Shown in pieces: positions 9,000 to 19,800 of a DNA stretch of 64,000 nucleotides (the first letter of the stretch is position 1; every line of letters begins with the position of its first letter). Origin of the DNA: an uncultured Cytophagia bacterium (GTDB taxonomy: Bacteria > Zhuqueibacterota > Zhuqueibacteria > Residuimicrobiales > Residuimicrobiaceae); assembly GCA_964436305.1 (NCBI GenBank), contig CAYTCI010000003.1, positions 22,350 to 86,349 of the forward strand. Direction: 5' to 3'. The notes under the pieces were generated by a model, which did not search any database, was not told the origin of the DNA, and saw nothing but the letters and a program-made list of their open reading frames with translations. A program made the translations under genes and the position numbers.

Positions 9000-9638
9000 A
9001 TGCCGATGAAAAAGGCTGTGTTCGGTTTTTCCATTGCCCTGGCTTTTGTGCTCTGGTATGTGATGTTTGTTCTCCGGCCCTTCAATTTTTGGCTGATGAT
9101 GGCGTGCAGCACGAGTCTGCTCTCGCTGATCGTTCTCTGGATCGGCAAACCCTTTGCGGCAAAGGGCGAGTGGCGCTGGAGCAACGTGGTGCTCGGCATC
9201 GCCTCGGCGCTGGTGCTGTGGGGTATTTTCTGGGTCGGCAACCAGGTGCTCATGTTCGGCGAGCGGCTGCTGCCGCAATTTTTCTCCGGCCGGCCGGAAA
9301 ACCTGGCGGCGATCTATGGCAATCGCGGCCAGCTGGCGCCGCAGTGGATCGCCCTGCTGCTCTTCTTCCCGATCGGCTTCGGCGAGGAGTTCTTCTGGCG
9401 GGGCCTGGTGCAAAACCGCTTTGCGACCCGGCTGGGCCGCTGGCGCGCGTTTTTTCTCACCACCTTTCTTTATACGGCTGTTCACTTCGCCACCGGCAAT
9501 CTGGTCCTGCTTCTGGCGGCGGTCACTTGCGGGCTCTATTGGGGAGCCCTCTATGCCTGGCGGGGTGCCCTGTTGCCGGTGCTGATCTCGCACATGCTCT
9601 GGGACCCCCTGGTCTTTGTTCTTTTCCCGATTCAATAG
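9000..9638 (+). CDS. CPBP (CAAX) family intramembrane glutamic endopeptidase
   Basis: Multi-TM protein with GFGEEFFWRG (EExxxR), YTAVHF and SHMLWD motifs. An alternative start at 9006 is possible. Confidence 0.8.
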   Translation: MPMKKAVFGFSIALAFVLWYVMFVLRPFNFWLMMACSTSLLSLIVLWIGKPFAAKGEWRWSNVVLGIASALVLWGIFWVGNQVLMFGERLLPQFFSGRPENLAAIYGNRGQLAPQWIALLLFFPIGFGEEFFWRGLVQNRFATRLGRWRAFFLTTFLYTAVHFATGNLVLLLAAVTCGLYWGALYAWRGALLPVLISHMLWDPLVFVLFPIQ

Positions 9639-9653
9639 AGAGCCGATCCGGCC

Positions 9654-10877
9654 ATGGGCGACAGGAAGAAAAGCAAGCGGTGCCACCCCGGCGGCAGCCG
9701 CAGTTTGCCCGGCTTGCTCCTCCTGCTGATCCTCGCATCCGGTCCTGCCGCTGCGCCGATCCCGGCGGATACCGCCGTGACGGCATCGCCGCTGCTGACC
9801 CGGCTGGATCATGACATCGCCGATGGCCGCCTCGACGATTTGTCGCTGATCCAGGCCGCTTTCATCCTCTCCGGGGCGACGGTGGAGGACAGTCTGAACA
9901 CCTGCCAGGCCTGGTATGACGATCTGCTCGGACGGCTGCGGGCCTGCCATCTCGATCCCTTCCAGCGTCTTGAATCTGCCTCCACCGTCTTCAGTTACCT
10001 CCATTCCTGCTGTCTGCTGGAGTACAAGGAGGAGGCGACGACGCTGCTCGATGTCGTCCGCCGTCAGAAGTTCAATTGCGTCGCCGGCACGATTCTCTAT
10101 AATCTGGTCTGCGAGGATCTGGGATGGCCTACCGAGGCCTTTGAGACGCCGAGTCATGTCTATACCATTTTTACCGATTTCACCCGGACGGTCACGGTGG
10201 AAAACACCTCGCCCATGGGTTTTAATATCATGAGCAATCTCAGGGCCTACTCCGCCTACCTGCTCGGTTATTATCCGCAGAACCGCGCCGCGCAGATCGG
10301 CCTGGACCGCATCTATGCCTATGAGAACTCGCGCGGCCGGCGCATTAACAACACCGAGCTGTTGGGGCTGCTGGCCTATAATCGCGCCTACTTCGCTGAG
10401 CGGGAGAAGGATTATGCCACGGCCTATGCCTTTGTTCTGCTGGCGCAGGCCTTTAACCGCGATTCGCGTTCCAACGTCCTCTTTGAGCAGAATCTCTACT
10501 TCCGCTGGGGAAGCACGCTGTTTCAGGGGGGGGAGTATGACCGGGCCTTTTCGGTCTTTGCCGATGGTGTCTACCGTTACCGGGATATGAAGGAGCTGGT
10601 GCAGAATTGCCGCGCGGCCTTTTTCCAGGGGCTGCGGCAGCACCGGATCCGGGGTGATTGGCCCGCGAGCCGCCGACTGATCACAGAGATGACCAGCCTC
10701 GAACTGCTTGAGCCGGCCCAGCAGGCTGAGGTAGAGGCCCTTCTCGCGGAGTGGGCGGACCTTTTGTACCGGCGCGCCGATCGCAAAGGGCTGCTGGAAT
10801 GCCTCGATCTGCTTCCTGCCGGCGACCAGGGACGCTGGCAGGCCGTGCGGCGCACCGCCGAGGCCTGGCCCGACTAG
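9654..10877 (+). CDS. Secreted transglutaminase-like / helical-repeat protein (tentative)
   Basis: Signal peptide LPGLLLLLILASGPAAA. The segment KFNCVAGTILYNLVCEDLGWPTEAFETPSHVYTIF...VENT resembles the Cys-His-Asp/Asn core of transglutaminase-like (SirB1-type) proteins. The C-terminal half is helical-repeat-like. Confidence 0.45.
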   Translation: MGDRKKSKRCHPGGSRSLPGLLLLLILASGPAAAPIPADTAVTASPLLTRLDHDIADGRLDDLSLIQAAFILSGATVEDSLNTCQAWYDDLLGRLRACHLDPFQRLESASTVFSYLHSCCLLEYKEEATTLLDVVRRQKFNCVAGTILYNLVCEDLGWPTEAFETPSHVYTIFTDFTRTVTVENTSPMGFNIMSNLRAYSAYLLGYYPQNRAAQIGLDRIYAYENSRGRRINNTELLGLLAYNRAYFAEREKDYATAYAFVLLAQAFNRDSRSNVLFEQNLYFRWGSTLFQGGEYDRAFSVFADGVYRYRDMKELVQNCRAAFFQGLRQHRIRGDWPASRRLITEMTSLELLEPAQQAEVEALLAEWADLLYRRADRKGLLECLDLLPAGDQGRWQAVRRTAEAWPD

Positions 10878-10910
10878 GCAAGGGCATCACGTTCGCAGGA
10901 GATCATCACG

Positions 10911-12050
10911 ATGCTTTATGATCTGAATCTCTTTCTCAGGCTCTCAGCCGATCTGAACTACCTGCTGGTTGTCAAGCCAACCGACTGGCGCAGCGTTCTT
11001 GAGACGGTGATCGGCGAGCACAAGCCGAGCCGCGCTGTGCAGGAGCTTCTGATGGAGACCATGGCCTACATCGATCAGGTTTATGGCCGCAAACGCCGGC
11101 GCCTTGGCGCGCAGGCGATCATCCATCCCCTGCGTGCCACCGCCCTGCTCTCGAGCAGCATGCCCGCCATCCTCCATCTGGATCTGATGGCCGCTCTGCT
11201 CCATGACCGTTTCGAGGACTTTCCCCCCGCCAGCAAGCCGGCCGACTTTGGCGAGCTGGTTGACCCCCCGCTGCGCGCCATCATGGCCCGGCTGCCGGAA
11301 GATGAACGCTGGTTTCTGACCGAACGGCTCTATTGGCTGACCAAGCAGCCTGGCGAAAGCTATTACCGCTACATCGGCCGCATGCTCAACCAGGCCTGCC
11401 GTACCCCCGAAGCGGTGCGCGTCAAACTGGCGGACCGCCTCGACAATACCCTCGATATGCGCATGGATCTGAAAGACACCTTCAGTCAGGTCGATTTTTT
11501 TGAGCAGCTCTTTCAGATGATGTTTCTGCCCAACTACCATCCCTTCAAGCCAGAGGTGCCGCACGCCGTGCGTACAGGCATGGATGGCTCCGAACGGTTG
11601 TATCAACTTTACAAAAACATCGTCCTCATCTCCCTGGTGCGCCAGAGGAATGCGGCCGCCGGCGATGCCATCAGCCATGCTCTGTTCGAGGCGCTGCTGC
11701 GTGCCAGCATCAAGGAGGCCCAGCGAATCGCCCTGCACATCTTTTCCTACCACCAGACCGACATCAGCAGGATGCGGGAGCTGATCATCGAAACCATGAT
11801 CTACGTCCATGAGGGCGGGATCGATGCCGTCACCGCGCCGGTACTGGGGAAACGCCTGGATGGGCTGCTGGTGGAATATTTCAACGAGCCCGACCGCCAG
11901 ATCCGGAGAAAGAAGCTGCAGGAGTTGTACAGGGACAAGGACTTGATGGTGGAGGCGTCGGTCGCGTTTATCGTCATCTTTTATTGCTTCCTCAATGATC
12001 CCGACTATTATCTGCAGGGCATCAGCGAGGAGGGGATTAATCCCCGATAG
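10911..12050 (+). CDS. HD-domain protein related to the RelA/SpoT (p)ppGpp hydrolase domain, with no synthetase domain
   Basis: HPLRATALL...AALLHDRFED...VRVKLADRLDNTLDMR follows the SpoT hydrolase (HD_4) pattern H...HD...ADRLhN. 379 aa. Confidence 0.65.
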   Translation: MLYDLNLFLRLSADLNYLLVVKPTDWRSVLETVIGEHKPSRAVQELLMETMAYIDQVYGRKRRRLGAQAIIHPLRATALLSSSMPAILHLDLMAALLHDRFEDFPPASKPADFGELVDPPLRAIMARLPEDERWFLTERLYWLTKQPGESYYRYIGRMLNQACRTPEAVRVKLADRLDNTLDMRMDLKDTFSQVDFFEQLFQMMFLPNYHPFKPEVPHAVRTGMDGSERLYQLYKNIVLISLVRQRNAAAGDAISHALFEALLRASIKEAQRIALHIFSYHQTDISRMRELIIETMIYVHEGGIDAVTAPVLGKRLDGLLVEYFNEPDRQIRRKKLQELYRDKDLMVEASVAFIVIFYCFLNDPDYYLQGISEEGINPR

Positions 12051-12180
12051 CCTCCGCTGTTCCTGCCCTCACGCCAGACTCCGCCCGGAACCGCCGATAT
12101 TTTGTTTTGAAATGTCCCTGAATTTGGATACCTTTATGGTTATCTAATCGCTTATGATGCACTCCTGGAAGAGGATCTCG

Positions 12181-14235
12181 ATGTCCATGACCCTGAAAAA
12201 GAACGCCACGGCCCTCCAGCTGCTGGTGGCGGGGACGATCATGATGAGCCTGTTTGCACCCTTCGCTCGCGCAGCCGGACTCACCGGCGCCGCGGTCGAC
12301 CAGACCATCGCCCTCCTGAAAGGCCGGCACGAGTCGGCTGCGCACACCCGCATCGAGCAGGGGGTGCGTCAGGCAGCTGCGCTGTGGCGGGCCAAGGATG
12401 GTGGAGAGGCGGAATTCAGCGCCTTCTGCCTTAGCCATTTTCTCGCTGATTCCAGCGCGCAGGCGGCCCTGCTGGCCCGCTGCGAGAGCAACCTGGAGAC
12501 CCTCTATGGCCACGCCCATGAGGTGGGGCGCGACTTCTCCCAGCCGCTGCAGCTCGAAACCGGGCCCGTTCTGCCGGTGGATTATCTTTTTGCTGAATAT
12601 TCGCCCTTCGCGCACCTCTCGGAGGATCTTTTTGCCAGCAAGATTGCTTTTGCGGCCCTGCTCAATTTTCCGCTTTTTAGCCTGACGGAACGGCTGCAAC
12701 AGGGTCCCGGCTGGAGCCGGGCGGAATGGGCGCAGATGCGCCTGGTCAATCAGTTCAACACCAGGGTGCCGGCGGAGGTACTCCAGGAGGCCAACCGCGC
12801 CTATGTCCAGGCCGATGATTATATCGCTAATTACAATATTCATATGCATGGGCTGGTCGACGAAAAAGGCAGCCGCCTCTTCCCCGAGGGACTGAAATTG
12901 ATCACCCATTGGGGCTTGCGCGATGAGCTCAAGGGGCAATATGGCAATCCAGACGGCCTGGCGCGCCAGCGCATGATCGCCCGGGTGATGGAACGCATCA
13001 TCCGCCAGGAGATCCCGCAGGCGGTCATCGATTCACCGACCGCGGTCTGGGCCCCCTACGCCAATACCGTGCTGGTGGAGGGCCGGATGACGGCAGCCGC
13101 AGCGGAAGCTGATGTGCGCTATGCCCATCTTCTCGCCACCTTCCAGGCGGAGCGTCAGAGCGATCTCTATTTCCCCGGTGAACCGACCAAGATCGCTCGG
13201 CGCTTCGAGCGCGAGCGCGAGATCCCGGAGGCGGAGTTCGAGGCCCTGCTGACGCGGGTGCTGACCGATCCGGCCGCCCGGGAGGTGGCCCGCCTGATCT
13301 CCCGCCGCCTCGGCCGCAAGCTTGAACCCTTTGACATCTGGTACAACGGATTCAGGCCGCGAAGCACCTACGATGAAGCCCGGCTCGACCAGATCGTCGC
13401 TGCCCGCTATCCGACCACCGCCGCCTTTCAGGCCGCCCTGCCGCAGATCTTGACCGGACTGGGTTTTGCGCCGGTGCCGGCCGCCTGGCTCGCCACCAAG
13501 ATCACGGTGGATCCCTCGCGCGGGGCGGGCCATGCCATGGGGGCGATGCGGCGTGAGGATAACGCCCATCTGCGCACCCGGATCCCCGCCGAAGGAATGC
13601 GCTACAAGGGATACAACATCGCCATCCATGAGCTTGGCCACTGCGTCGAGCAGGTCTTTTCCCTCAACCGGATCGATCATACCCTGCTGGCCGGGGTGCC
13701 CAATACCGCTTTCACCGAGGCCTTCGCCTTTGTCTTCCAGCGCCGCGACCTCGAACTGCTCGGTCTGACCGCTGCCGACCCGCAAGCCGACGCGCTGCAT
13801 GCTTTGGACACCTACTGGGCAACCTGTGAGATCGCCGCGGTCGGTCTGGTCGACATGAAGGTTTGGCACTGGATGTATGACCACCCCGAGGCAACCCCCG
13901 CCGAGTTGAAGGAGGCTGTCCTTGAGATCGCCCGCCAGGTCTGGAACCGATATTTCGCTCCCCTCTTTGGCAGCCGCGATGTGGTGCTGCTGGCGGTCTA
14001 TTCGCATATGATCGACAGCGGGCTTTATCTTCCCGATTACGCCCTCGGGCATATCATCAGTTTTCAGATCGAGGAGTATCTGCAGGGACGGAATCTGGGC
14101 GTGGAGATGGAGCGGATGTGCCGATTGGGGATGCTGACCCCTGACGCCTGGATGCAGGCGGCAGTACAGCGTCCGGTCTCGGCGGAACCCCTGCTTGAAG
14201 CGGTCCATGCAGCGATCAAGGCGATAAAACTATGA
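12181..14235 (+). CDS. Secreted zinc metallopeptidase (HExxH gluzincin-like)
   Basis: Start placed at ATG 12181 after GAGGA. Signal peptide ...GTIMMSLFAPFARAAG. HELGH motif, with a downstream TEAFA Glu about 25-29 residues later as a possible third ligand. The stop overlaps the next start (ATGA at 14232-14235). Confidence 0.65.
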   Translation: MSMTLKKNATALQLLVAGTIMMSLFAPFARAAGLTGAAVDQTIALLKGRHESAAHTRIEQGVRQAAALWRAKDGGEAEFSAFCLSHFLADSSAQAALLARCESNLETLYGHAHEVGRDFSQPLQLETGPVLPVDYLFAEYSPFAHLSEDLFASKIAFAALLNFPLFSLTERLQQGPGWSRAEWAQMRLVNQFNTRVPAEVLQEANRAYVQADDYIANYNIHMHGLVDEKGSRLFPEGLKLITHWGLRDELKGQYGNPDGLARQRMIARVMERIIRQEIPQAVIDSPTAVWAPYANTVLVEGRMTAAAAEADVRYAHLLATFQAERQSDLYFPGEPTKIARRFEREREIPEAEFEALLTRVLTDPAAREVARLISRRLGRKLEPFDIWYNGFRPRSTYDEARLDQIVAARYPTTAAFQAALPQILTGLGFAPVPAAWLATKITVDPSRGAGHAMGAMRREDNAHLRTRIPAEGMRYKGYNIAIHELGHCVEQVFSLNRIDHTLLAGVPNTAFTEAFAFVFQRRDLELLGLTAADPQADALHALDTYWATCEIAAVGLVDMKVWHWMYDHPEATPAELKEAVLEIARQVWNRYFAPLFGSRDVVLLAVYSHMIDSGLYLPDYALGHIISFQIEEYLQGRNLGVEMERMCRLGMLTPDAWMQAAVQRPVSAEPLLEAVHAAIKAIKL

Positions 14236-16781
14236 AACGGATCGGTTATTACGCCCTCCGGATCGGCCTGATAGCCGGGCTTTTCGTGGCGGGCCAGGGC
14301 GCTGGGGCCGAGCTGCATTATGGCCTCTCGCAGCTGAGTCAGGATACGCTGGCGCGTCGCGCGGCGATGCCGCTTGACGGCATCTGGTCCGTGCAGATGG
14401 GTGGCAGCGGTGAATGGCAGGGCTTCCAGTTACCGGCGCCCCTGCGGTTGCGCGATCAATTCACCTTTATTAAAAAGTTCTCGCTCGACAGCAGCATGAT
14501 CGCCTCCACCTACGAGCTGGCTTTTGACGGCCTCGACGGCTTGAGCACGATCTCGCTGAACAAAAAGATCATCGCCACCCATTCCGCTGGCACGGCTCCC
14601 TTTACCGTGGCGCTGACCGACAAGGATCTCTTCCTCAACGCCGAGAATGAGCTGGTGGTGCAGATGGACGGCCGGCTCGACTATCGACGGAGTGTGCCCT
14701 TATTGGTGCGCAGCCGCGGCATCCCGCTGTCGGGCAATGGCCTTTTCCGTCCGGTCGTTCTGCGAACGGGCGCGGCACCCTGCGTCGCGGCGGTCACCGT
14801 GACGCCGGGAGAGGCGGCGGATTCAGGATCCCTGGTTGTGGATCTGCGCGCGACGATCTCGCTGGGTATGATGGACAGTCTCTCGCTGGCGGCGCTGCCG
14901 CAGCTGCGCGGCACGGTGGAGATCCTCGACGGCAAAACCGCCCAGTCCCTCTATCTCTCGCAGCCACAGCCGCTCATGCTGGCTGCCAAGGACACGGCGA
15001 GCTTGCAGGTTGCGGCCGTGATCCCCGATTTTCATTACTGGCGGCCGGGTGCGCCCGAGCGCTATCGTGTGGTGGTTCAGCTCTTCTCCAGCGGAGTGGC
15101 CGTCGACCGGGCTTGGCTCAATTTTGCACTTTCGCAGCCCCGACAATGGCTGGAGGCCAGCCGCGGCAAGCGGGAGGTGTTTCGTTTCCACGCCGTTGAG
15201 TGGGTGGAGGATGCGGCCCATGTGCTGTTGAGCCCGGCGCAGCAGGAAGAGCAGATCAGCCAGGATCTGGCGGGAATCGTCGAACTTGGCGCCAACACGG
15301 TGCGCCTGGCCGGCGGTATTCCCGGCGAATTCTTTCTCCGCCGCTGCGACAGTCTGGGTTTGGCGGTGATGGCCGAGATCCCCATGGCGAATGTCCCTTC
15401 GGCGCATCTCGATAACGACGCCATCCGAATGAAGGCGAAAAAAGCGCTCACCGATCTGATCCTCGCTTTCCGGGATCATCCCTGCGTCGCCGCCTGGGGT
15501 CTGGGGAGCGGCTACGATCCGGGTGACCGCCGTGCGACGGCTTTTCTGCGCGAATTGGCTGCCGTCGCCCGCGCCCTCGACGACCGCCCGGTCTACGCCG
15601 GGGTTCGCGGCAAACATCTCGCCGCCGGCCCGCTGCCGGTCGATCTGGAAATTGCCGAGGTGCCGCCGGAAAAGATCGCCACCTTCAAGGCCGCTGCCTG
15701 GCGTACGTCCGGCAGCTACCTTCTGCAGCTCGCTTCGCCCCTGAATAACCGGGCGGCCAGCGATCGCTCGGCGCAGCAGAACCAGGCCTACTATCTCAAG
15801 ATGGCGATCCTCGAGGCTGGACGACTGGATGACGCCGCCGGGCTGCTCATCACTCCCTGGCGCGACTGGAGCGGCGAGAGTCCGCATACCTTCTGGGGTC
15901 CGCGGCCGAACAGCGCCCTTTATCTCTGTGGCCTGCTGGATGCCGGTGGGCAGCAGCGCCTGTCCTGGCAAGTGGCGAAGGCGGCTTTCACCGGCACCCC
16001 CATGCCCGAGTTGCTGCCGGCTGATTTCGCCGCCGATGATCCGGCGGTCTTTCAGATGGTCAGCATCGCCCTGATCGTTTTGCTGCTTTTCTATATCCGC
16101 CGCGACAAGCGTATGAGTCACTATCTCCACCGTGTCTTCGTCTATCCGCACGGTTTTTACATGGATCTGATCGAGAACCGCCAGATCAATCCCTTTCTGA
16201 CCGGGCTGGTGGGGCTGGCCTCCTTTGTAACCATGAGCACGCTGCTGGCGAGCCTGGTTTATTTTCTGCGCGAGAACAGTCTGTTCGACGAAATGTTAAC
16301 CTGGTTCTTCCCGAGCGCCACAGCCAAGGATCAGGCCATCCGCCTGATCTGGCATCCCGAAAGAATGATTCTGGTCTTCACCGGCATGATGATCGGCGTC
16401 GCCCTGCTGCAGAGTCTGGTCTACAAGATGGTCGTTTTTGGACAGCGCCGCTACCTGCGTTTCAGCCAGATCGTCACCTTCACCTTCTGGGTGCCGGCCA
16501 ATTTTATCTTTGCCCTGCCGCTGGCGGTCGTGTTGTTCCGTATGTTGGCCCAATCCAGCCTGGTGACCGCGGCACTGATCTATTTTATGGTGATTCTGAT
16601 CTGGTTTTTCCTGCGCGCCCTGCGCGGCACGTGGGTGATTCTGCAGATCTCCTTTTTTAAAACCCTGCTGGTGGTCATCGCTGCCGTCGGCATTCTCGCA
16701 CTGGTGATCGGGCTGTACCTGGAGCAATCCCGGGCGATGCTCGCCTACAGCGCCTATTACCGGGCGCTGCTGGGATGGTAA
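14232..16781 (+). CDS. GH2-like (sugar-binding jelly-roll + TIM-barrel-like) ectodomain fused to a C-terminal polytopic membrane domain
   Basis: Signal peptide. The N-terminal region resembles the GH2 sugar-binding domain (YELAFDGLDGLSTISLNKKII...). A TIM-barrel-like segment follows (GANTVRLAGG...GLAVMAEIP). The last ~260 aa contain at least 5 hydrophobic helices. The canonical NHP..iWS.GNE block reads DHPCVAAWGLGSGYD. Confidence 0.6.
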   Translation: MKRIGYYALRIGLIAGLFVAGQGAGAELHYGLSQLSQDTLARRAAMPLDGIWSVQMGGSGEWQGFQLPAPLRLRDQFTFIKKFSLDSSMIASTYELAFDGLDGLSTISLNKKIIATHSAGTAPFTVALTDKDLFLNAENELVVQMDGRLDYRRSVPLLVRSRGIPLSGNGLFRPVVLRTGAAPCVAAVTVTPGEAADSGSLVVDLRATISLGMMDSLSLAALPQLRGTVEILDGKTAQSLYLSQPQPLMLAAKDTASLQVAAVIPDFHYWRPGAPERYRVVVQLFSSGVAVDRAWLNFALSQPRQWLEASRGKREVFRFHAVEWVEDAAHVLLSPAQQEEQISQDLAGIVELGANTVRLAGGIPGEFFLRRCDSLGLAVMAEIPMANVPSAHLDNDAIRMKAKKALTDLILAFRDHPCVAAWGLGSGYDPGDRRATAFLRELAAVARALDDRPVYAGVRGKHLAAGPLPVDLEIAEVPPEKIATFKAAAWRTSGSYLLQLASPLNNRAASDRSAQQNQAYYLKMAILEAGRLDDAAGLLITPWRDWSGESPHTFWGPRPNSALYLCGLLDAGGQQRLSWQVAKAAFTGTPMPELLPADFAADDPAVFQMVSIALIVLLLFYIRRDKRMSHYLHRVFVYPHGFYMDLIENRQINPFLTGLVGLASFVTMSTLLASLVYFLRENSLFDEMLTWFFPSATAKDQAIRLIWHPERMILVFTGMMIGVALLQSLVYKMVVFGQRRYLRFSQIVTFTFWVPANFIFALPLAVVLFRMLAQSSLVTAALIYFMVILIWFFLRALRGTWVILQISFFKTLLVVIAAVGILALVIGLYLEQSRAMLAYSAYYRALLGW

Positions 16782-16866
16782 AAGGTGACCGGATGCCGGT
16801 TTGCAGACAAGCAACCCTGTGCAGGGCCCATGTGATGTTTAATCCAACCTATTTCGATGGGGCAGT

Positions 16867-19800
16867 GTGTACCTTTCAGAGCTAACCATAGTCGGTTTCA
16901 AGTCTTTTGCCAAAAAGACGCATCTCAAGATGCATGACGGCATCACCGGGATCGTCGGCCCCAACGGCTGTGGCAAAAGCAATATTGTCGATTCGATCCG
17001 CTGGGTCATGGGCGAGCAAAAGAGCGGCGCCCTTCGCAGCGAAGTGATGGGCAATGTCATCTTTAACGGCACCGCCACGGCCAAGCCGGTCGGCATGGCC
17101 GAGGTCTCGCTCAAGATAGAGAATACCGGCAATACCCTGCCGATCGATTATGCCGAGGTCATCATTACGCGCCGGTTGTTCCGTTCCGGCGAGAGCCAGT
17201 ATCTTCTCAACGGCAACACCTGCCGCCTGAAGGATATTCTCGATCTCTTCATGGATACCGGGGCCGGTCCGCATACCTATTCGGTGATCGAGCTGCCGCA
17301 GGTGGAACGCATCCTCAACGGCAAGGAGGATGAACGGCGGCACATCTTTGAGGAGGCGGCGGGGATCACCAAGTACAAGTTACGGCGCAAGGCCACCTTC
17401 CGCAAGCTCGAATCGACCGAAAAGGATCTGATCCGCATCGAGGACATTATGTCCGAGGTGGAGAAGAACGTTCGGTCGTTACGGCGCCAGGTGGCCAAGG
17501 CGGAGCGCTATCAGGAGATCATCACCGAGCTGCGCGATCAGGAGATCACGCTGGCGAATCACGACTTTAGCCAGATCCTCGACGAGCTCGAACCGGCCGA
17601 AACCAAACTGGGATTGATCAAGGACGAGCGGGAAGGGGCCTCGAGTTCGCTGGCCAGCCAGGATGCCGATTACGAGTCCACCCGCGCTCAGCTGCTCGAT
17701 ATTGAGAAGAAATTGCTTGAGAACCAGCGTACGGTCTCCGATCTGGCCCGTGAAATCCAGAAATATGAGGAGCGGATCCTGGTCAACAAGGAGCGTATCC
17801 GCTCGCTGGAGGAGGCGGGCGCCCGTTCCAGCCAGGAGAAGGAGCTGTTCGAGAGCCGGCTGGTGGAGCTGCAGGAAAAATACAACGCCACCCGGGAACT
17901 GCTGCAGAAGGCCGAAGGCCACCTCGCCGAAGAGCGTGCGGCGTATGAAAAGAAAAATGAGGAGTACCAGTCGGTCCGCGTTCAGTTCGAGACCAAGCGG
18001 GCCCTTGCCCGCGAAGCCGAGACCCAGGTGCTGCGGATCACCGAAGAGCTGAGCCGCAAGCAAAATGAGGGGGAGCGGCTCAAGGCGAACGAGGCGAACC
18101 TCAGCCAGCGCATCAAGCAGCTGGAAGCCGAGGCGGGCCGTGAGGAGGCGCGAGCGGCAGAGTTGACGGCGCTCCTCACTGCGAGCCGTGGGCAAGAGGC
18201 GGGTCTGGTTGAGATGCTCAGCAAAGGCAAGCAGCGTCTGGGCGAGATCAGCCGCCGGGAGGAGGAGGCCAAGCGGCTCTTCGAAACCCTGCAAAAGACC
18301 GAATCCCAGGAACGCAGCCGGATCGAGGTGCTCGGCCATCAAGCCGAGATGGTGCGGCGGTTGATCGATACCTTTGAGGATTATCCCGCCGGTGTGCGTT
18401 TTCTGGCGACCCTGAAGAAGGAGGGTTTTGCCACCCACGGGCCGCTGGCCAATATCATCCGGGTCGAGAACCAGCATCGCAGCGCCATTGCCGCAGCGCT
18501 CGGTGAAGCCGCCACCTATCTGGTGGTGGAAGAGTCCAATATGGCTTTCAACGGCATCGGGCTGTTGCGCGAGGAGCGGCGGGGTATCGTCACCTTTGCG
18601 CCGCGGATGGAGATGGGCGAGAGCCTGCGTGAGCGGCCGGCGCTCTCAGACCTGGGGGTGATCGGCTGGGCCGATGAGCTGGTCTCCTGTGATGAGCGGT
18701 TTCAGGCCCTGGTCCATCATGTGCTGGGTCCCTTCATCGTGACCCAGGATCTGCAAACTGCGCATCGGGTCTTCGCCGCCTTGCGTGGGCAGTCCTACAA
18801 TGTCGTGACCCTTTCCGGTGAAGTGCTGGCGCACAGCGGTTTCATCCGCGGCGGGGTGCTCAGCAAGAACCAGTCCGATTTCGTCGGCCGGCAGGAGCAG
18901 CTGGGCGGCATGCTCAAGGAGATCGAAAAGTTGAACCAGGCGGCCGAGGCGCGCCGGGTCCAGCTGGCCCAGCGCGAGACCGAGATCCAGGAAAACAAGA
19001 TCGAGGCCGAGAAGCTGCGCAAGGATATCCAGGAAGCCGAGCAGACCCTGGGTTCGCTGCGGATCCAGCTGGGGCGTCAGACCTTCGAGGAGCAGGCGCT
19101 CAACGAGAGCCGGACCAAACGCGAGAACGAGAAGCAGCGGCTGATCGGCGAACTGAGCCAGCTCGGCCACAATCTCGAGCTGCAGAGTCTGGGCGCTGAT
19201 GATCTGCAGACCAAGCGGCAGGAAAATGCCCGCAAGGCCGCGACGCTGGCCGAGGAGATCAAAGGGATCGAGCAGCAGGTTGATCGGGCCGCCGGCGAGG
19301 CGCGCGAACTGAATGTGCAGGTCGCCCGGCTGCAGAGCGATTTCGAGGCGATGCGCCGCGAGAGCGAGGCCCTCAGCCGGCAGATCGCCGAGACCGAGTC
19401 ACTCATCCGGTCGCGTCTCGAGGAGGGCCAGCGGGCGGCCGCCGAGATCAAGGAGCTGGGCGAGGTCAACGAGCGCTACAGCGAGGAGGTCGGCAAGCAG
19501 CAAGCCCGCCGGCTTGAGGTGCAGACGGTGCTCGATGAACTGGAGGAGCAGCAGTATCAGGCCAATACGCGGGTGGCCGAAGCGGAAAAGCTGATCCGTT
19601 CCTCGCGCAGCAAGTTCGATCTGCTCTCCGAGTCCGCCCACCAGGTCGAGCTGCGCGTCTCCGAGCTCAAACTCAAGGTGGAGAACCTGCAAGCGCGGAT
19701 GTGGGCCGAGTTTGAGTACAAGCCGCAGCGCCAGGCGGTGGAGCCCGACTTTAATGCCGAGGTCGTGCGTCAGCAGCTGGAGGCTTTACGCGAGCGCATC

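Noticed and set aside
8958-10643. 561-aa minus-strand ORF (and similar ones at 8078-9253, 5368-6324, 6412-7290, 10944-11810, 12037-12939, 13033-14208, 14823-16151, 17479-18477, 20557-21888, 21867-23003, 23812-24903)
   Set aside because: Each spans one or more well-supported plus-strand genes on the opposite strand and crosses their boundaries. The translations are R/G/P/Q-rich with no family signatures.
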